NCBI GenBank assembly: GCA_002256025.1
Contig: NKIB01013380.1
Coordinates: 1-58,676, forward strand
Origin: Asterionella formosa
Taxonomy: Eukaryota
Length of the DNA stretch: 58,676 bases
Reading direction: 5' to 3'
Shown: piece by piece, positions 11,713 to 24,380 of the stretch
Layout: the number at the start of each line of letters is the position of its first letter
Numbering within the stretch: the first letter of the stretch is position 1
Program-made: the position numbers and the translations under genes
The notes under the pieces: model-generated
Told to the model about the DNA's origin: nothing
Seen by the model: the letters and a program-made list of their open reading frames with translations, nothing else
The model's database searches: none

Positions 11713-12399
11713 ATGGAGCCATTCATTAAACGAGCAATGCTGCCGCCTCTTCCAAACATTGTAATTCGGACATACTCTCCGCCCGATGTACCCCAAATCA
11801 AAGCCCTCTTTGTGTCTGGTATGCACTCCAATATGCCTGCTTTCTTCAATCTCCTCATGTTCCGTTCAAAAATTGGCATTGCCTTCTGGGTCACTATGAG
11901 CCTGGCGGCTGCCTATTTTGGGATCCGATCTCTCTACATACTACTACCAGCAGCCTCCTTGTTTCCTCTAGGTGTGGGGGTGTATCTTCAACGCATGTTT
12001 ACCTACTACACTACAGCCTCATGCGAGTCCGATTTAAGTGATATCGATGGTGTATATATCAAACAAGGTGGTACATTTTTCGTCGCAACATGTTCCAATG
12101 ATCCCGCAACCATTGTGGGTATTGTGGCCGGGGAAATTAAGGAGAATGGTCAACTGGAGCTCCGACGCATGAGTGTTTCGGTAAAACATCACAAGAGGGG
12201 AATTGGCTCAAAACTCATAAAGGCACTTGAAGAATTTGCCAAATCTAAAGGCATCAACACTATTTTCTTAACATGCACATCACTTCAATATGCAGCTCAT
12301 ACTTTGTATAGACGAAATGGGTTTGTTTTGATGAAGGCAAAGGAGACGGAAATGATGTCCGGGATGAAAATTTACTTTTTTGAAAAGAAACTAATGTGA
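11713..12399 (+). CDS. GNAT N-acetyltransferase, NAT8/camello-like membrane-anchored type
   Basis: ELRRMSVSVKHHKRGIGSKL acetyl-CoA motif, AAHTLYRRNGF, DLSDIDGVY; hydrophobic insert. Confidence 0.9.
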   Translation: MEPFIKRAMLPPLPNIVIRTYSPPDVPQIKALFVSGMHSNMPAFFNLLMFRSKIGIAFWVTMSLAAAYFGIRSLYILLPAASLFPLGVGVYLQRMFTYYTTASCESDLSDIDGVYIKQGGTFFVATCSNDPATIVGIVAGEIKENGQLELRRMSVSVKHHKRGIGSKLIKALEEFAKSKGINTIFLTCTSLQYAAHTLYRRNGFVLMKAKETEMMSGMKIYFFEKKLM

Positions 12400-15149
12400 T
12401 GATGACATTATCATGGCCATTGCTAATTTTAATTGAAATAAAGCCTTTTCCAGGATTTCATGTCCTTTACTCTCAACTGGGATAACCATCCCTATATTGG
12501 AATTGATGTTTCCTTGATTAACCTGTAAATCAAATTTTTTTCAGAGCCTGACCATGCATTTCTGCAGCCCTATTCTGATGCCATATTTCATTACTGAACA
12601 CTGTCTACATGTTGTGACTTGTAGTTGGGAAAGTCAAATCACAGGTTAATAAAGATGCAGCAGGAGCAATCACAGTTCCAAAATAAATGTACATGTAGGA
12701 CTTGACCCCCTCCACATCATCATTGCCATTCATTTGATCATGCTTAAAGCAACACAACATGAACTGCTCTACTAGCACTTGAGCACTAGACTTTGATTGG
12801 GTGTCTGATAGAGCTTACATCATTTGATCAGGCCCTCCTCATGGTATCTAGTGACACCTTTATTGACAACCAAGTGATGGTGCTTGTCTGTGTCCATATG
12901 GATCATGGATTTTCCCCAAAAGCTGATTGTAAGAACCTTTTCCCTAGGAGGAAGATCTAGCGCTTTATTCTTCCATTGATAAGTCATGACAGCATTCAAG
13001 ATCAGACCAAGAAAAATAAAGTAATCTTCAAAGAATGTTATTGCCAGTTGCCTTGCTCACCCCAAAATGCATGCTCCCTTTCATCACAAGTACTGAAGTG
13101 ATTTTCTGGGTCACAACGCTTACTTTCCAGGATTACATACCGATGAGTCAAGGACAAGGGTCAATTTTTCCGATCTCCAAATGGTGAAACACAAATAGCA
13201 AGTGGCAATGAAGATCGATGCTGCATTCAAAAAGTTTGAAAGCCCTGCTGAGAATGATGATGGCAACTTGATCTTGTATTTCACCAAACAATGTCATGGG
13301 AATGGCTCAGTTGGTTGGGCAAATTGTCTTTGAATTGAAGTTGTCTGGTTCGATTCCCGCAAAAAAATTGACAAGCAATTGTTGGGTTTGACTCATACAC
13401 CACTTCTCACTTTCCCATATGGTCTTGCCTGGTCTGCAAGGAAAAGTGGGTGGCCCCTTACAAAGAGCAGTGTGCCGCCTTACTAGGCAGTTCAATTTTC
13501 CCCTAACGCTGACAGTCACCTTTTGCAAATGATGGTTGGGGACTCACCTATGCTAACAACACTAGGGAAGTGCATGGTCTTGTTTGCACCAGGCTGTGCA
13601 ATGAAATTCTACATGTAACTCCATGATCTTAGAAAGCACATTATAATTTAGTTTCAATTTTTCATTAAAAAATGCAGTCATGCAGTTTGGTTAGTCCATC
13701 ATCTTAGATGCCATTAAAAAATAGGATTCAAAATCAGATGAACTGGCATCGTGATTATGAACTTGTGAATTTTGTGGACTATGTTGGATTCATTCAATGG
13801 GGCTAATGCTTAGGGCCTCATGAGTGCAAGACCAGCCACCAGACTTGCAAAAGCCAGTTGGATCAATCCTATAAATATAAGGTTTGCATGTAAAAAATCA
13901 TAATGGAACTACATCAATATCAAGATTTTGATCCAAGCAACATTGAAAGGTACATGATACTACTTATGATGGAAGAACGTTGCCAATGACAAGGGACATG
14001 GGAGCAGGGTTAAGCTAGTAAGCCAATGTACAAAGATGAATTTGTCAAGATAGTGCATGAATAGTAGTGGTGTTGGTGGAACTGGAACATTGTCATCATG
14101 CATCAATTGCACCCAGTTGGAATGCTGGTTGGCATGGAGCAACAGTCTTAGTAGCTGGCCTCATGAATATTTCATGTGACTGCTGGTGCAGAACAATGGG
14201 GGTTGTTTTCCAAAACAATTTATTTGGACCTGTTCAAATGAATATATCAACCATTTTCTTTTGGATGAAAAATTAGACCTATTTGGGCAAATGGATAGCA
14301 ATGTTCATATATTTGGGAGTCTTATCATCAAGAGGACCAACACCTTTCAATAATCTAAAAAAGTTGTTGTTGGTGAACTCTATTCTCAAACCGTCTTCCA
14401 GTTGCTGAATAACGTTACCAGTAGTAGTAGGTGAACATGATTTCGATGATCAAAACACGAGTTGGATTTAATCAATTATAATTTAAGAGTATAGAAAGAT
14501 ATGCAAGAGAGTTTGGAATGGAAAGCCAGCCTATCTCATCTGGTAGGCATGGGATTACTTATAGTCATTGGGAGTGAGTCGAAACTGTATAAGAGTGCAT
14601 AAAACGTGCACTACCAGGCCTTCCTGGTGCAGCCATCAGGTCCATCCCCCCAAACTATGATATAAACCTACCGGTACTAGACTTACCTGTTCTGTTGGTG
14701 TATGTATCGAGTTCAGATAAATGGAAAGTAAACTGTCCATATAGAGCTTGAAATAGCTACCTGTACACGGGATCTCTTACCTGGTAGTAACTAGTATACT
14801 TACTATGAAGCCAGTATGCACATATCCTACATACCATTTACTGTAGCTTGATAGTGAGCAAGCTAGAGTTGAAACTGAACAGGAATACCGGCACCGGTAT
14901 CTCAAATAAGGTCAGATAGTAGTTGCGATGACGATACAACAATGATTTCACAACCATCGCTGTGCAATGGACTTCGATTTCATGTTCGTCACGAATGAAC
15001 GCAACTGCAACAACAACGAGATCACGGATGCATGCGTACATGTGTACATAAACTTTACTCATATGTGTGTTATTTATTTAGCTGGTAGGTAGAATTATTA
15101 TTAACTTGTAGCTACGATGGCTACCCAATATAGTTTCATGATGTATCCA

Positions 15150-15370
15150 GCCATATTGTGCTGGAACTAAACATTTAGCTATCTTTATCGTATCTGAGAT
15201 TGTTCGTTAAAGCCAAATGACCGCCACTTTCATGTACCTGGTACTTCGAAATACATTGGTACCAGGTACCGAGAAACCAACAGCCTGTTACCTCTAGTGC
15301 AGGAGCCGGAGCAGCAATTGTGGCTGTAACTAAATATTTAGCTCTTTTTATCCGATATTAAATTGTTTAT
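15150..15370 (-). mobile_element. Two partial, diverged copies of the ~100-bp MITE family
   Basis: AACTAAA..TTTAGCT.T.TTTATC and AAATGACCGCCACTT match the elements at 32469-32695 and 44848-44948. Confidence 0.65.
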
Positions 15371-15886
15371 TGTATCGGTACCCCGGTGCCAGTTACATCA
15401 TTGCTCACATGGCATGCATTCCTGTGTATGAATTTATCTTTAAAATATGTTAGAATCATGATATGGATACAATCAGTTCGCTCAGCCGTCATCAGCGTTT
15501 GTCAGTTGAACTTATATACCGGTACCGGTAAGCGCTCATCAAAAATATGCATTTCTCAAACATTCTTCCTGACGCAGTAGTAATAAAAGCGTGGCCGCGA
15601 ACTATCGTCATAGGTTAATAATCATCTCTCATGGTCATGATGAGGCTACAACAATACATATATTCCTACCTTAGTATATATTAATATAGATATTCCTGAT
15701 GGCTATTTGTTGTGTACAACAAACACAGCATACCGGTATATTACATGTACCGTTATAAAAATGCTCAGTTTAGTGCCAGCATCATACCCGTACCAGGTAA
15801 TATAATTTTTAACCCTGTCATCGTCAGAAATAAAAAATGTGTTACCTCATCTCACAAAAAGCCGACACGAAAATTATTGAAAGAGT

Positions 15887-17036
15887 ATGAAACGAACAGA
15901 CTCAGAAATGGAGCAATTAGCTTCCGTGATACGAGCCGCATCAATCAGCAGTCAAGCAAAAACCATTTTGATAACTGGAGCAAGCAGGTAATGAATACAG
16001 ATTTATTATTACCTTGCTAAAACCGTGTCCTTGTCTCACTTTTCTGTTGTCGTCATTCTACATTTCTAGTGGCATTGGGCTATATGCGTCCAAGCTGTTG
16101 CACTACTCCAATCCGAAACACAAGCTATTGCTTGTAGCAAGATCCATGGAAAAAGCAGAAAAAGTCAAAAGTGACGTTCAATCCGTGCTTGACACAACGG
16201 ACGAGGAGCATGGTGGTGCGATCATTCCATTGGCATGCGATCACAGTTCTCTCCAAAGTGTGAGGCAGTTCGCTATGACTCTACGAGAGACGATCAATAA
16301 ATCAAATAATGCAGGACTGATCGATGTAATATGCTTGAACGCTGCCATGATTGCACCTGCTGACTCCAATCCACAGTTTACTTCCGATAATATGGAAATT
16401 ACCTTTCAAACGAATCATCTAGCGCCCTTTCTTATTATGAATTTAATTCATGATTTGTTATCTCCTGGAGGGAGAGTTGTGGTAACATCAAGCGGGTTGC
16501 ATGATGGACCATCATTTCATGACTTTGCAGGTATGATTGACCCTGAGACTGGTCATGTCAAATTGCACTTTGATACATTGAATGGGACTGAATTTCATTA
16601 CAAACGAAATTATGCGTTGTCTAAATTATGCAATACTGCATTTTGTTTGGGATTGAATCGACGACTAAGGGAGAAGCAACAAGGCATGGTAGTGAATTGT
16701 TTTACACCGGGACTTATTACCAATACTGGACTATGGCGACATCAGAACCAGTGGCTCATGCCCTTTTTTAGTTTATTTGCCAACAATGTGATGAGTTTTG
16801 GGTCAACAGTTGAGTGGGGTGGGGGAGCATTGGCGTGGATGGCTGTTTCGGACGACGCAGGAAAAGAGGGTGGGCGATATTACAAAACACCCACTGGATC
16901 ATCTCACATGAACCCCACGTACGGTGTGACGTTCTGTCCTTCCCCAGTCTCAGTAGAAGCAGCCAGTGAGTCCAACCAAGAAAAACTATGGGAGAAGTCG
17001 GCAGAGTTGGTAGGGATCTCGAAAGATTTATTTTAA
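15887..17036 (+). CDS. Short-chain dehydrogenase/reductase (retinol dehydrogenase/POR-like subgroup); exons 15887..15987, 16070..17036
   Basis: Splicing restores TILITGASSGIG; LNAA, TFQTNHLAPF, VVVTSS and catalytic YALSK present. Confidence 0.9.
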
Positions 17037-17088
17037 ATTGAAAACGAACACATGTATTAGCCTTTCCTTTTAGTTTGTATTATTGCAA

Positions 17089-18798
17089 CTACTTCCCAAA
17101 ACGAGCCATGGCAGCTGCAGCAATAAGTTCACGTTTATGATTGTTGACACATTCTGTTGAGCAGTATGCGTAATCCAATCTTTGAAACATTTGGTTCCTT
17201 CGTTTACCTCGACAGATGGTTTGACAAAAATCGCACATATTGCTTGCACTATTAGACTTGGGAAGCAACCCATCCCGGATACGTTTGGCGTCGACTTCCA
17301 CCTGTTGACGTGCTTCGTCATCCTTTCGTCGTTTTTCGGCTTCATCAGCAATAGCCTTTTCCTTCAGTTTTTCTTCTCTTTGTCGAGCTTTTTGCCGTTT
17401 CTTCTTTTCAGCAGCCTTGGCCTTTTTAAAAGTCAGATCGTCGAGAGTAAGAGCCGGACCTACCTTGGAATCCAAATCCCATGCACAATAATCTTCTCCC
17501 AATGTGGCTCGAGCCATACGAAAGGCATCACGTACTTTATCATGCGTGGCTAAAAAGTAGGGAACACGATATCGTGCATCCACCAGACATGGATTGGCTC
17601 TGCCTTCAACCAATAAGGCAGTTACACATGCAGCAGCCATGGGATTGGATGCTGCATAATGCAATGGAGTCATGAGATCCTTTCCGGCTCGGACATTAAT
17701 TTCGTCTACATTGTTGTCTATGAATGCTATGAGTTCTGCAACATTGCCATCTCTGGCAAATTCGTGCATCGGAGACAAGGGAATGGTTGGTTCTTCTAAT
17801 GTCTTTGGTGGTAGTGGTCGCTCTCCTTGAGGTGGCGACATTGTGACAATATCGTCGTTTGGTACCATTAGTGGCGTGCTCTCCTTCTTGCAAATTTCAC
17901 CAACGTATACTCTCATCATGATTTCATGGACAGCAACTACAGTATCAAACGTGGGTCTTCCAGTATCCAAAGGAATAGATCGTATCCTCTCATCGTCCCT
18001 GTCCAATCCAGTATCTTGAAAGAACTCTTTTTTCATAGTCTTTGGAACGCTAGTTAAAATCAGTCCAGCATTCTTGGAAATATTATACATGGTATTCCAC
18101 TCCTTCATCATGGAGACGACATCTTCCCTAAGTGCCAATTCCCCTTGTCGTCTCAGCTGCGATCCAATACTTTTGGCACGTCTATTGGAATCTTGTGTGG
18201 ATTGGGCTTTGCCTTGACCTTTTCGAATGGTATATCTTGTGGACGCGCGATGGGCCATACATTTTTCCCTGGAGAAAACAGCAGCTGCCAATCTTCCGGA
18301 TCTAAGCAGTAGTACAAACACAGGCTTGCTGCAAAGAGTCTCTGCAAGTGCTAAGGCAGACGCACTGGCAGAGGTGGACAACAGCACGGATGGGATGGAC
18401 AAGACAGTAGTGCCTTCCAAGGGTAAATCATGGTACGGTGGAGTGCCTAGTTGGTGGTTTGCATCACTTTTCTTCTTGTGAGGCTGCTTTGTTGTTGGTA
18501 GCGCAGTCAGCAATGATGGTTTCAGGAGTTCTTCGTCCTGCAAAAGTGGCATGAGTTTGTCGTGCTGCTCTGACAAAGACTCCTCGTCTTCATCACTTGA
18601 TGATGATGTCGATTCTTCATCCATCCCATGGAGCCACGGTTGATGATAGATGGATTGAATAGGCTTGTCAGGGACGTCAGATTCAGCCTTTTGTGCCGCT
18701 TGCTTCAGCAATTCAATACATTCCGACGAATACAAATAAACGATGCGTCTGCTGCTGTTGCTGGTGGTGGTAGTGATGGTGGCTTGATCCATTGTCAT
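17089..18798 (-). CDS. ANKZF1: ANKZF1/Vms1 ribosome quality control factor
   Basis: VLRF1 motif RYTIRKGQGKAQSTQD..KSIGSQLRR, ankyrin repeats (TPLHYAA), coiled coil, C-terminal CDFC..F.RLDYAYCSTECV treble clef. Confidence 0.9.
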   Translation of the reverse strand: MTMDQATITTTTSNSSRRIVYLYSSECIELLKQAAQKAESDVPDKPIQSIYHQPWLHGMDEESTSSSSDEDEESLSEQHDKLMPLLQDEELLKPSLLTALPTTKQPHKKKSDANHQLGTPPYHDLPLEGTTVLSIPSVLLSTSASASALALAETLCSKPVFVLLLRSGRLAAAVFSREKCMAHRASTRYTIRKGQGKAQSTQDSNRRAKSIGSQLRRQGELALREDVVSMMKEWNTMYNISKNAGLILTSVPKTMKKEFFQDTGLDRDDERIRSIPLDTGRPTFDTVVAVHEIMMRVYVGEICKKESTPLMVPNDDIVTMSPPQGERPLPPKTLEEPTIPLSPMHEFARDGNVAELIAFIDNNVDEINVRAGKDLMTPLHYAASNPMAAACVTALLVEGRANPCLVDARYRVPYFLATHDKVRDAFRMARATLGEDYCAWDLDSKVGPALTLDDLTFKKAKAAEKKKRQKARQREEKLKEKAIADEAEKRRKDDEARQQVEVDAKRIRDGLLPKSNSASNMCDFCQTICRGKRRNQMFQRLDYAYCSTECVNNHKRELIAAAAMARFGK

Positions 18799-19344
18799 TT
18801 CAAAGAGCCCTATCCCAATAACAGATAACGGAATTCACTCTTTCCAGATTATGATGGATCGAATGTTCCATGTTTGAATTTGTCCCTGATCATGCTGAGC
18901 CGATGTTGCTTTGTCTTTGTAATTCTACAAATGATGATGATGTTTGATCATGTATTCCTATCTCCTACGGAGTTACGCACATGCGTACCGGTAGCTAACA
19001 TATGCATCGTGACTCGACTCAACTAACTTCATACGACGCGTATGTATGAATTGCACGTACCAGCAACTCGCAGTACCCGGTCATCGTGTGAGCCGCGAGG
19101 AGTTGCTGTGCTGTTTTCAGCGGCCGCATCGTGGTGGCTCATTTGGGCTGTCTGCCTGCCTGCCTGCCTGCCTGCCTTCCGCAATCCACCATTCGTAACG
19201 CTCCACGAAGCTCGTACGAAACCAAGTTACCATTTACTTCAATTATTTTTGTTATCCTCCTCCGCTGTACAACATCTAACCAAGTCCATTGTCGCGATTC
19301 TATTCTTGACTACAGCTTAACAACCCTAATTACTTAAATCAACC

Positions 19345-19925
19345 ATGGTGCGATCTATTTTATGATAATGCTGCCAATTTTGTATGGTTGTTGATGTAAT
19401 GGAATCGATGGAGCGGTGTAAAGAAGGACGACGAAATTTCTCGGACCATCTCTGCCATCCGCTCTGATCCATCCACAAGGCTCCCTTAATGTGTTCAAGT
19501 AACTAACTATAAACAGCATCAACTCACACTCTTCTGTCCCCGCTTCACTGTTACAGGGTGTCCGTACCAAGACTGTCAAAAAGAGTGCCCGCACCATTGT
19601 CGAACGCTATTACAGCAAATTGACTTTGGACTTTCACACCAACAAACGGGTCATTGATGAATGTGCCATTTTGCCATCCAAACGAATGCGTAACAAAATT
19701 GCTGGATACACCACCCATTTGATGCGTCGTATTACCAAGGGACCAGTGAGAGGCATTTCTCTCAAGTTGCAAGAAGAGGAACGTGAACGTCGTTTGGACT
19801 TTGTTCCTGAAGTTAGTGCGTTGGAACAAGACACCATTCAAATTGACCCAGATACAAGAGATTTGTTGGAGTCGCTTGGATTCGGAAGTTTGAACGGTGT
19901 TGCTGTCAACCAGCGAGCGGAGTAA
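19345..19925 (+). CDS. RPS17: 40S ribosomal protein S17 (eS17); ATG-only exon 19345..19347, intron 19348..19556, exon 19557..19925
   Basis: [64 protein letters not shown]. Confidence 0.95.
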
Positions 19926-20014
19926 GTTATAGTAACCACATAGCACACTGCTACACTACACCAACTTGAATGTGACCTTTAGTAGTAAATACGACGCTAC
20001 CATCCTGTGAGAAT

Positions 20015-21751
20015 TTATTTGCTATTGGTAAAGTTGTCATGGCGATGATAAAGCACCATTTCTTCATACGTAACGTCCATCCAACGCGAGGATATTTGTG
20101 GTAGTTCTCCAAGTACGATACTTGCGATTCGAAGACCTGTCATGGTATGACGGTATCGTCCCACTGGGACCATGTTCATGGTTTGCAATTCAGCCTGAAG
20201 AACACGTTCGTCGGTACTTGAAATTGCAATATAATCAGGAGTGTCACGTCCACTGAACATGAGGAAACATGTGTTGTCATTGACATTATTACACTCGGTC
20301 CTGTTGTGGTCCATGAATATCCAATAGTAACTCCTCATGAAGGCTTGGGGGCCTTGACGAAACAAATCACTTTCACAATCTCCAAGGACCCGACAAGACG
20401 GAGGACAGGACAAGTAGTTAGCCTTCAATTCTACAGCACTAGTTGTATGCAAATGACTGTACAGGGGGGTCGAATGGCATTCCATCAAATAGTCCACAGT
20501 TACCGGTAGTTTTGAGGTGTGTCGTGTGGTTGGCATATGTTGTTGAATATGTCGGACCAATCCACGTTGGATAGCAATGGGACCAGCTTGATGAATGACT
20601 CCCAAATATAAAATGGCAATGGCATTGACGATCATGTAGATACGACCCAGTAGAACTCGTTGATTGTTGTTCCGGATAGAAGTTGCGACGCTGGCAGCTT
20701 GGATACAGCAGAGTGGAAGAATTGGCAATAAGAAACGAAATTCTTTATGTGCCGAACAAGAATGAAGGATGGTATATGAAGCTATTATGATCCACAATGG
20801 TCTGTTTCTGTTGCTTCCCGGGAGTAGTATGGATACTACTAACAACGGTAATAAAAGTCCACAAATGGCAGGAAGACCAGCCGTCAAGTACCAATGCCAA
20901 ACATGTGTACCATAGAGAGCACCGTGGCCTTCAACGACATTGAACTGAAAGTTTCCCAACACAGGCAGGAACCAACTCCCGAATAAGCACTTGTCTACAA
21001 GCAAGGAGACGCCAATTCCAATGAGACCACAGAGTGCACATGGTTGTATTAAATATGGTATGAAATGTTGCTTCTTTTTGGCAAGCATGACCCCCAATGG
21101 AACCCAAGCTGCCAAGGATGTAAATCGAATTGCCACACTCATGCCTCCCAGTACAAAAGCCAGTGAGGATCGTAGTACGGACACAGATATATTATTGTTG
21201 TTGCTGCTCGCGGTGACAAGGTCGGGTGCCACAAGAGCCATGCCGACAAGTAATAGCATGGTTTCTATCGAGTTGCTGTAGGTCCGAATGAGAGCATATC
21301 CATGAAACCATGCGCCGACACTGAATAAGAGTGCCCACTGTGCCATTGGAGCAGCGCCTATTGTGGTGGCAATGCTATATACAGCATAGTCAGTGGGAGC
21401 CGCCACCAGAATAGCATGCAACATCATGGGACCTTTAGAAATGACCCACCATGAGTCCCAATGAAAGTGCTGGACAAGCAGATATAGCAGGTATGTGGGA
21501 AACAGGGAGAGATATGATCGAACCGGTCCCTGCAGCGACTGTTCCAGTAGGGTGACATTTTCGCCATTGGGATGCCGACGAGTCCATTCCCAAGTCAGAG
21601 CACACGAGTGCCCTGACATGGCTTTGCAATATGCAGGTTCCAAGGTTTGCCAATACTCGTCTGGATCAAATTGGGTTTGGATTAATAGTGCATTAAGGAG
21701 TCTGTAGAAACATAGCGCCAGAAAGAGGCGAGGTCCTCTCAGCTTGAACAT
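20015..21751 (-). CDS. PIGB: GPI mannosyltransferase 3 (PIG-B/GPI10)
   Basis: QTQFDPDEYWQTLEP, TWEW, RTYSNSIET, YGTHVWHWY, HKEFRFLLP; first ATG at 21751. Confidence 0.92.
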   Translation of the reverse strand: MFKLRGPRLFLALCFYRLLNALLIQTQFDPDEYWQTLEPAYCKAMSGHSCALTWEWTRRHPNGENVTLLEQSLQGPVRSYLSLFPTYLLYLLVQHFHWDSWWVISKGPMMLHAILVAAPTDYAVYSIATTIGAAPMAQWALLFSVGAWFHGYALIRTYSNSIETMLLLVGMALVAPDLVTASSNNNNISVSVLRSSLAFVLGGMSVAIRFTSLAAWVPLGVMLAKKKQHFIPYLIQPCALCGLIGIGVSLLVDKCLFGSWFLPVLGNFQFNVVEGHGALYGTHVWHWYLTAGLPAICGLLLPLLVVSILLPGSNRNRPLWIIIASYTILHSCSAHKEFRFLLPILPLCCIQAASVATSIRNNNQRVLLGRIYMIVNAIAILYLGVIHQAGPIAIQRGLVRHIQQHMPTTRHTSKLPVTVDYLMECHSTPLYSHLHTTSAVELKANYLSCPPSCRVLGDCESDLFRQGPQAFMRSYYWIFMDHNRTECNNVNDNTCFLMFSGRDTPDYIAISSTDERVLQAELQTMNMVPVGRYRHTMTGLRIASIVLGELPQISSRWMDVTYEEMVLYHRHDNFTNSK

Positions 21752-24380
21752 GGCAAATGTGGGAATTGCGAGTTTGCAGCGGTAAAGTGAACGCTGTGCA
21801 TTTGGTCTACTGCCTGCTTCCACTATATGTTGCGAGCGAGATTGTTCTGCTCTCTATTAGTAGATTCTTGGAGGGTTACATCGAAGAAAAAGTTGTCGGC
21901 GAGACTTGCTTGTCCGTCAGCTCGTCATGATAGGTAAGGATATGTCAAGATTGAAAACGAGATAACAGGTAATAATGGGCGCGCTCCGAAATTCCAAATG
22001 AATTTGTGCCCAAAATTTTATAAAATATAAATTATTTTGGGGTGATTCTTTGATATATGTATTAGTATTGGCCTCGTTGCGCTGCTTTGCAAGCTCTGTT
22101 CATTGCTTTTGCCGAAACTGGCAAAGTGGCGCCGGACAGACACTAGGAATAAACTCCTGAATAGCACTCCTTCCCGTCATTTGCATACGGTAGTAAAATT
22201 ACATCCACATTACTAAGAAATAATATAAAACGGTTCTTTCGCGCTGCCTATGTCTACCGGTATGTGCACAACCCAAATATTTTCAATTCATCAAAATCAA
22301 ACTTGAAGAATGATTTTCTGGACGTCCCGAACCTGCCATGATCAGATGATTATCCCACCAATCTCAACTCTGAGTGTCAAGATTCCTTCTTATCATTCCA
22401 GAAATCTCCGATTTACATGCATGATTGCTTTCATATTACCAGTACCAGGTCCCGGTCTACTGGCTGGTATTGCAAATGGCTGTGCGCATAAACATGCATA
22501 CAGTATACATTTACCAGGCATGTGTTTTTCCTTTTTTAACAATGAATCTGTTCATTTTCATTCATTGATTGGTGTGTTGTTCCGGTTTCCGCTTTTCGAG
22601 TCGTTGTTCCTCCTACTGTTGCCTTTTCAATCGTTTTGCAGCTGTTGCTCCAGATTCCGCATTTCGAGTTGTGCCTGCTGCTGTCACATTTTCATTTAAA
22701 ACCCAAAAGCAAGCTACAGCATTGAAATGCATGCAAAAAGATTCTCTCATTCTCTGTGCACCACCACTACTGACAGTGGCTTTGCCATCATTGGATGAAG
22801 AGGTAGAAACATATGAGAATTCACTCACCACATACTCTTCATCACTGCTGTCTTCCTCATTGCGATTCTTCTTCTACTTCGAAAAGCTCATGTTGAATCA
22901 GAGGAGTTTTCCAGTATAAAAGTGCAAGATGAATGACTGTGAACAATCAACAGATTTGTTGTTCATTGGCTTTTATTGAAGATACATTGCCAGTAGGTAC
23001 ATGTGGCCACAGGTAATCATTTGACAGAACAGATTGCTGATATCACTTGCTCATCCTGCTGCTATCTAAATATATCTAAGTTTTGATAGAGAAAATGGTG
23101 CTCATATCATTTCAGCTGAAATGACATAACAAATTGAACATGGATTTTCCATTACTAAACTAACAGCCCAAGACAAAATCATTATCAATATTGATTTTTG
23201 TTGTTCTTGGACTGCCAAATACTTTTATTGATTGCGTAGATAGAATACAAGTGTTGCTAGCAAGCAGTGAAACAATTGTTGACGTAGCTTTGATAATAGA
23301 AAATCGGCAGAAGCAAACTGGTGATCACCATCTCTCCTTGATTTGTTGCCTGATCAAAGCCTGTATTGTTCGCACACACACGCAAAACCATGCATCAAGT
23401 AGCAATAATCTACAACATCATTCTTGGCTGAAAACAAGAATTGATAAATAAATTATGATTTATCTGTTTGCAATAGCTACCAGGAAGGCGTATCATCATT
23501 GTCATGATGTTGTTACTAGTACTGCTGGTACAAGTAAATGTGCTTCAGAAATAGTAGTATGTACACACGTATGGAGCCATATTCTTTATGTAACTATATC
23601 TCTATCGTATCGATATATTGTATATATATACCCTTAACATTTTATCTAGTTGTTGGGTATGTGACACATATCTACAGTCATTAGCTGTTGGTGAACAAAT
23701 TCTATCTGTTCAGCATGAGCGATGTCTCTGATCCTGACGGAATCTTGTCGTCTGGTCCCCCTCGTCCCCCTATCTTATTTTGACTGGGGGAATGAGTTCA
23801 CCCTAAAATAGTTCCAGCCAAATCGAGTTCCAGCAGAAAGTAGTGCATTCAAAATGATCATGCCATGAATGACAGATAACCATTCTTGTTCGAGAGTCCA
23901 GCATATTTAATTAATTATTGGATTGGCAGGTGTAAAAATCCCCCGTAATTTCCAAATCGTTATGTCCGCAAATTACTGCATCTTGCTGCTATAATAAGAA
24001 ATGTTTTAGATTAGTTAGGCCAGTGCTAACCATGGACCAACATCCAAAACCAAAATCTTGGTTTGGTTTTGGTTTCGGTTTCGGTCAGACAGATAGAAAA
24101 GCGATGCTAACGGTTTTGGGAAAACCTAAACGTTTTCACCCAACCATCAACTGTGACGTATGATGAAGAAATTCAATAAAAAAATTAAAAAAAATTTAAA
24201 GGCTACTTTTACAAATCAAAAAGCATGATTCCAATGCGGGGATTTGTTGATCTTCACCACATTTTGATGCTGGCTGCTGTGCAGTCAAATCATCCAACGC
24301 ACCAGATATCCTGGTAAATAGGAGTACCACAGTACCGGTAGTCAGGCAACGTAGATATATATAACAATATAAAGCAGTCC

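Noticed and set aside
19152..19177. (CTGC)n tract between ANKZF1 and RPS17; also (TG)n near 49610
   Set aside because: Ordinary microsatellites.
22310..22919. Several overlapping 70-130 aa ORFs
   Set aside because: No motifs and no consistent gene model; probably a relic.
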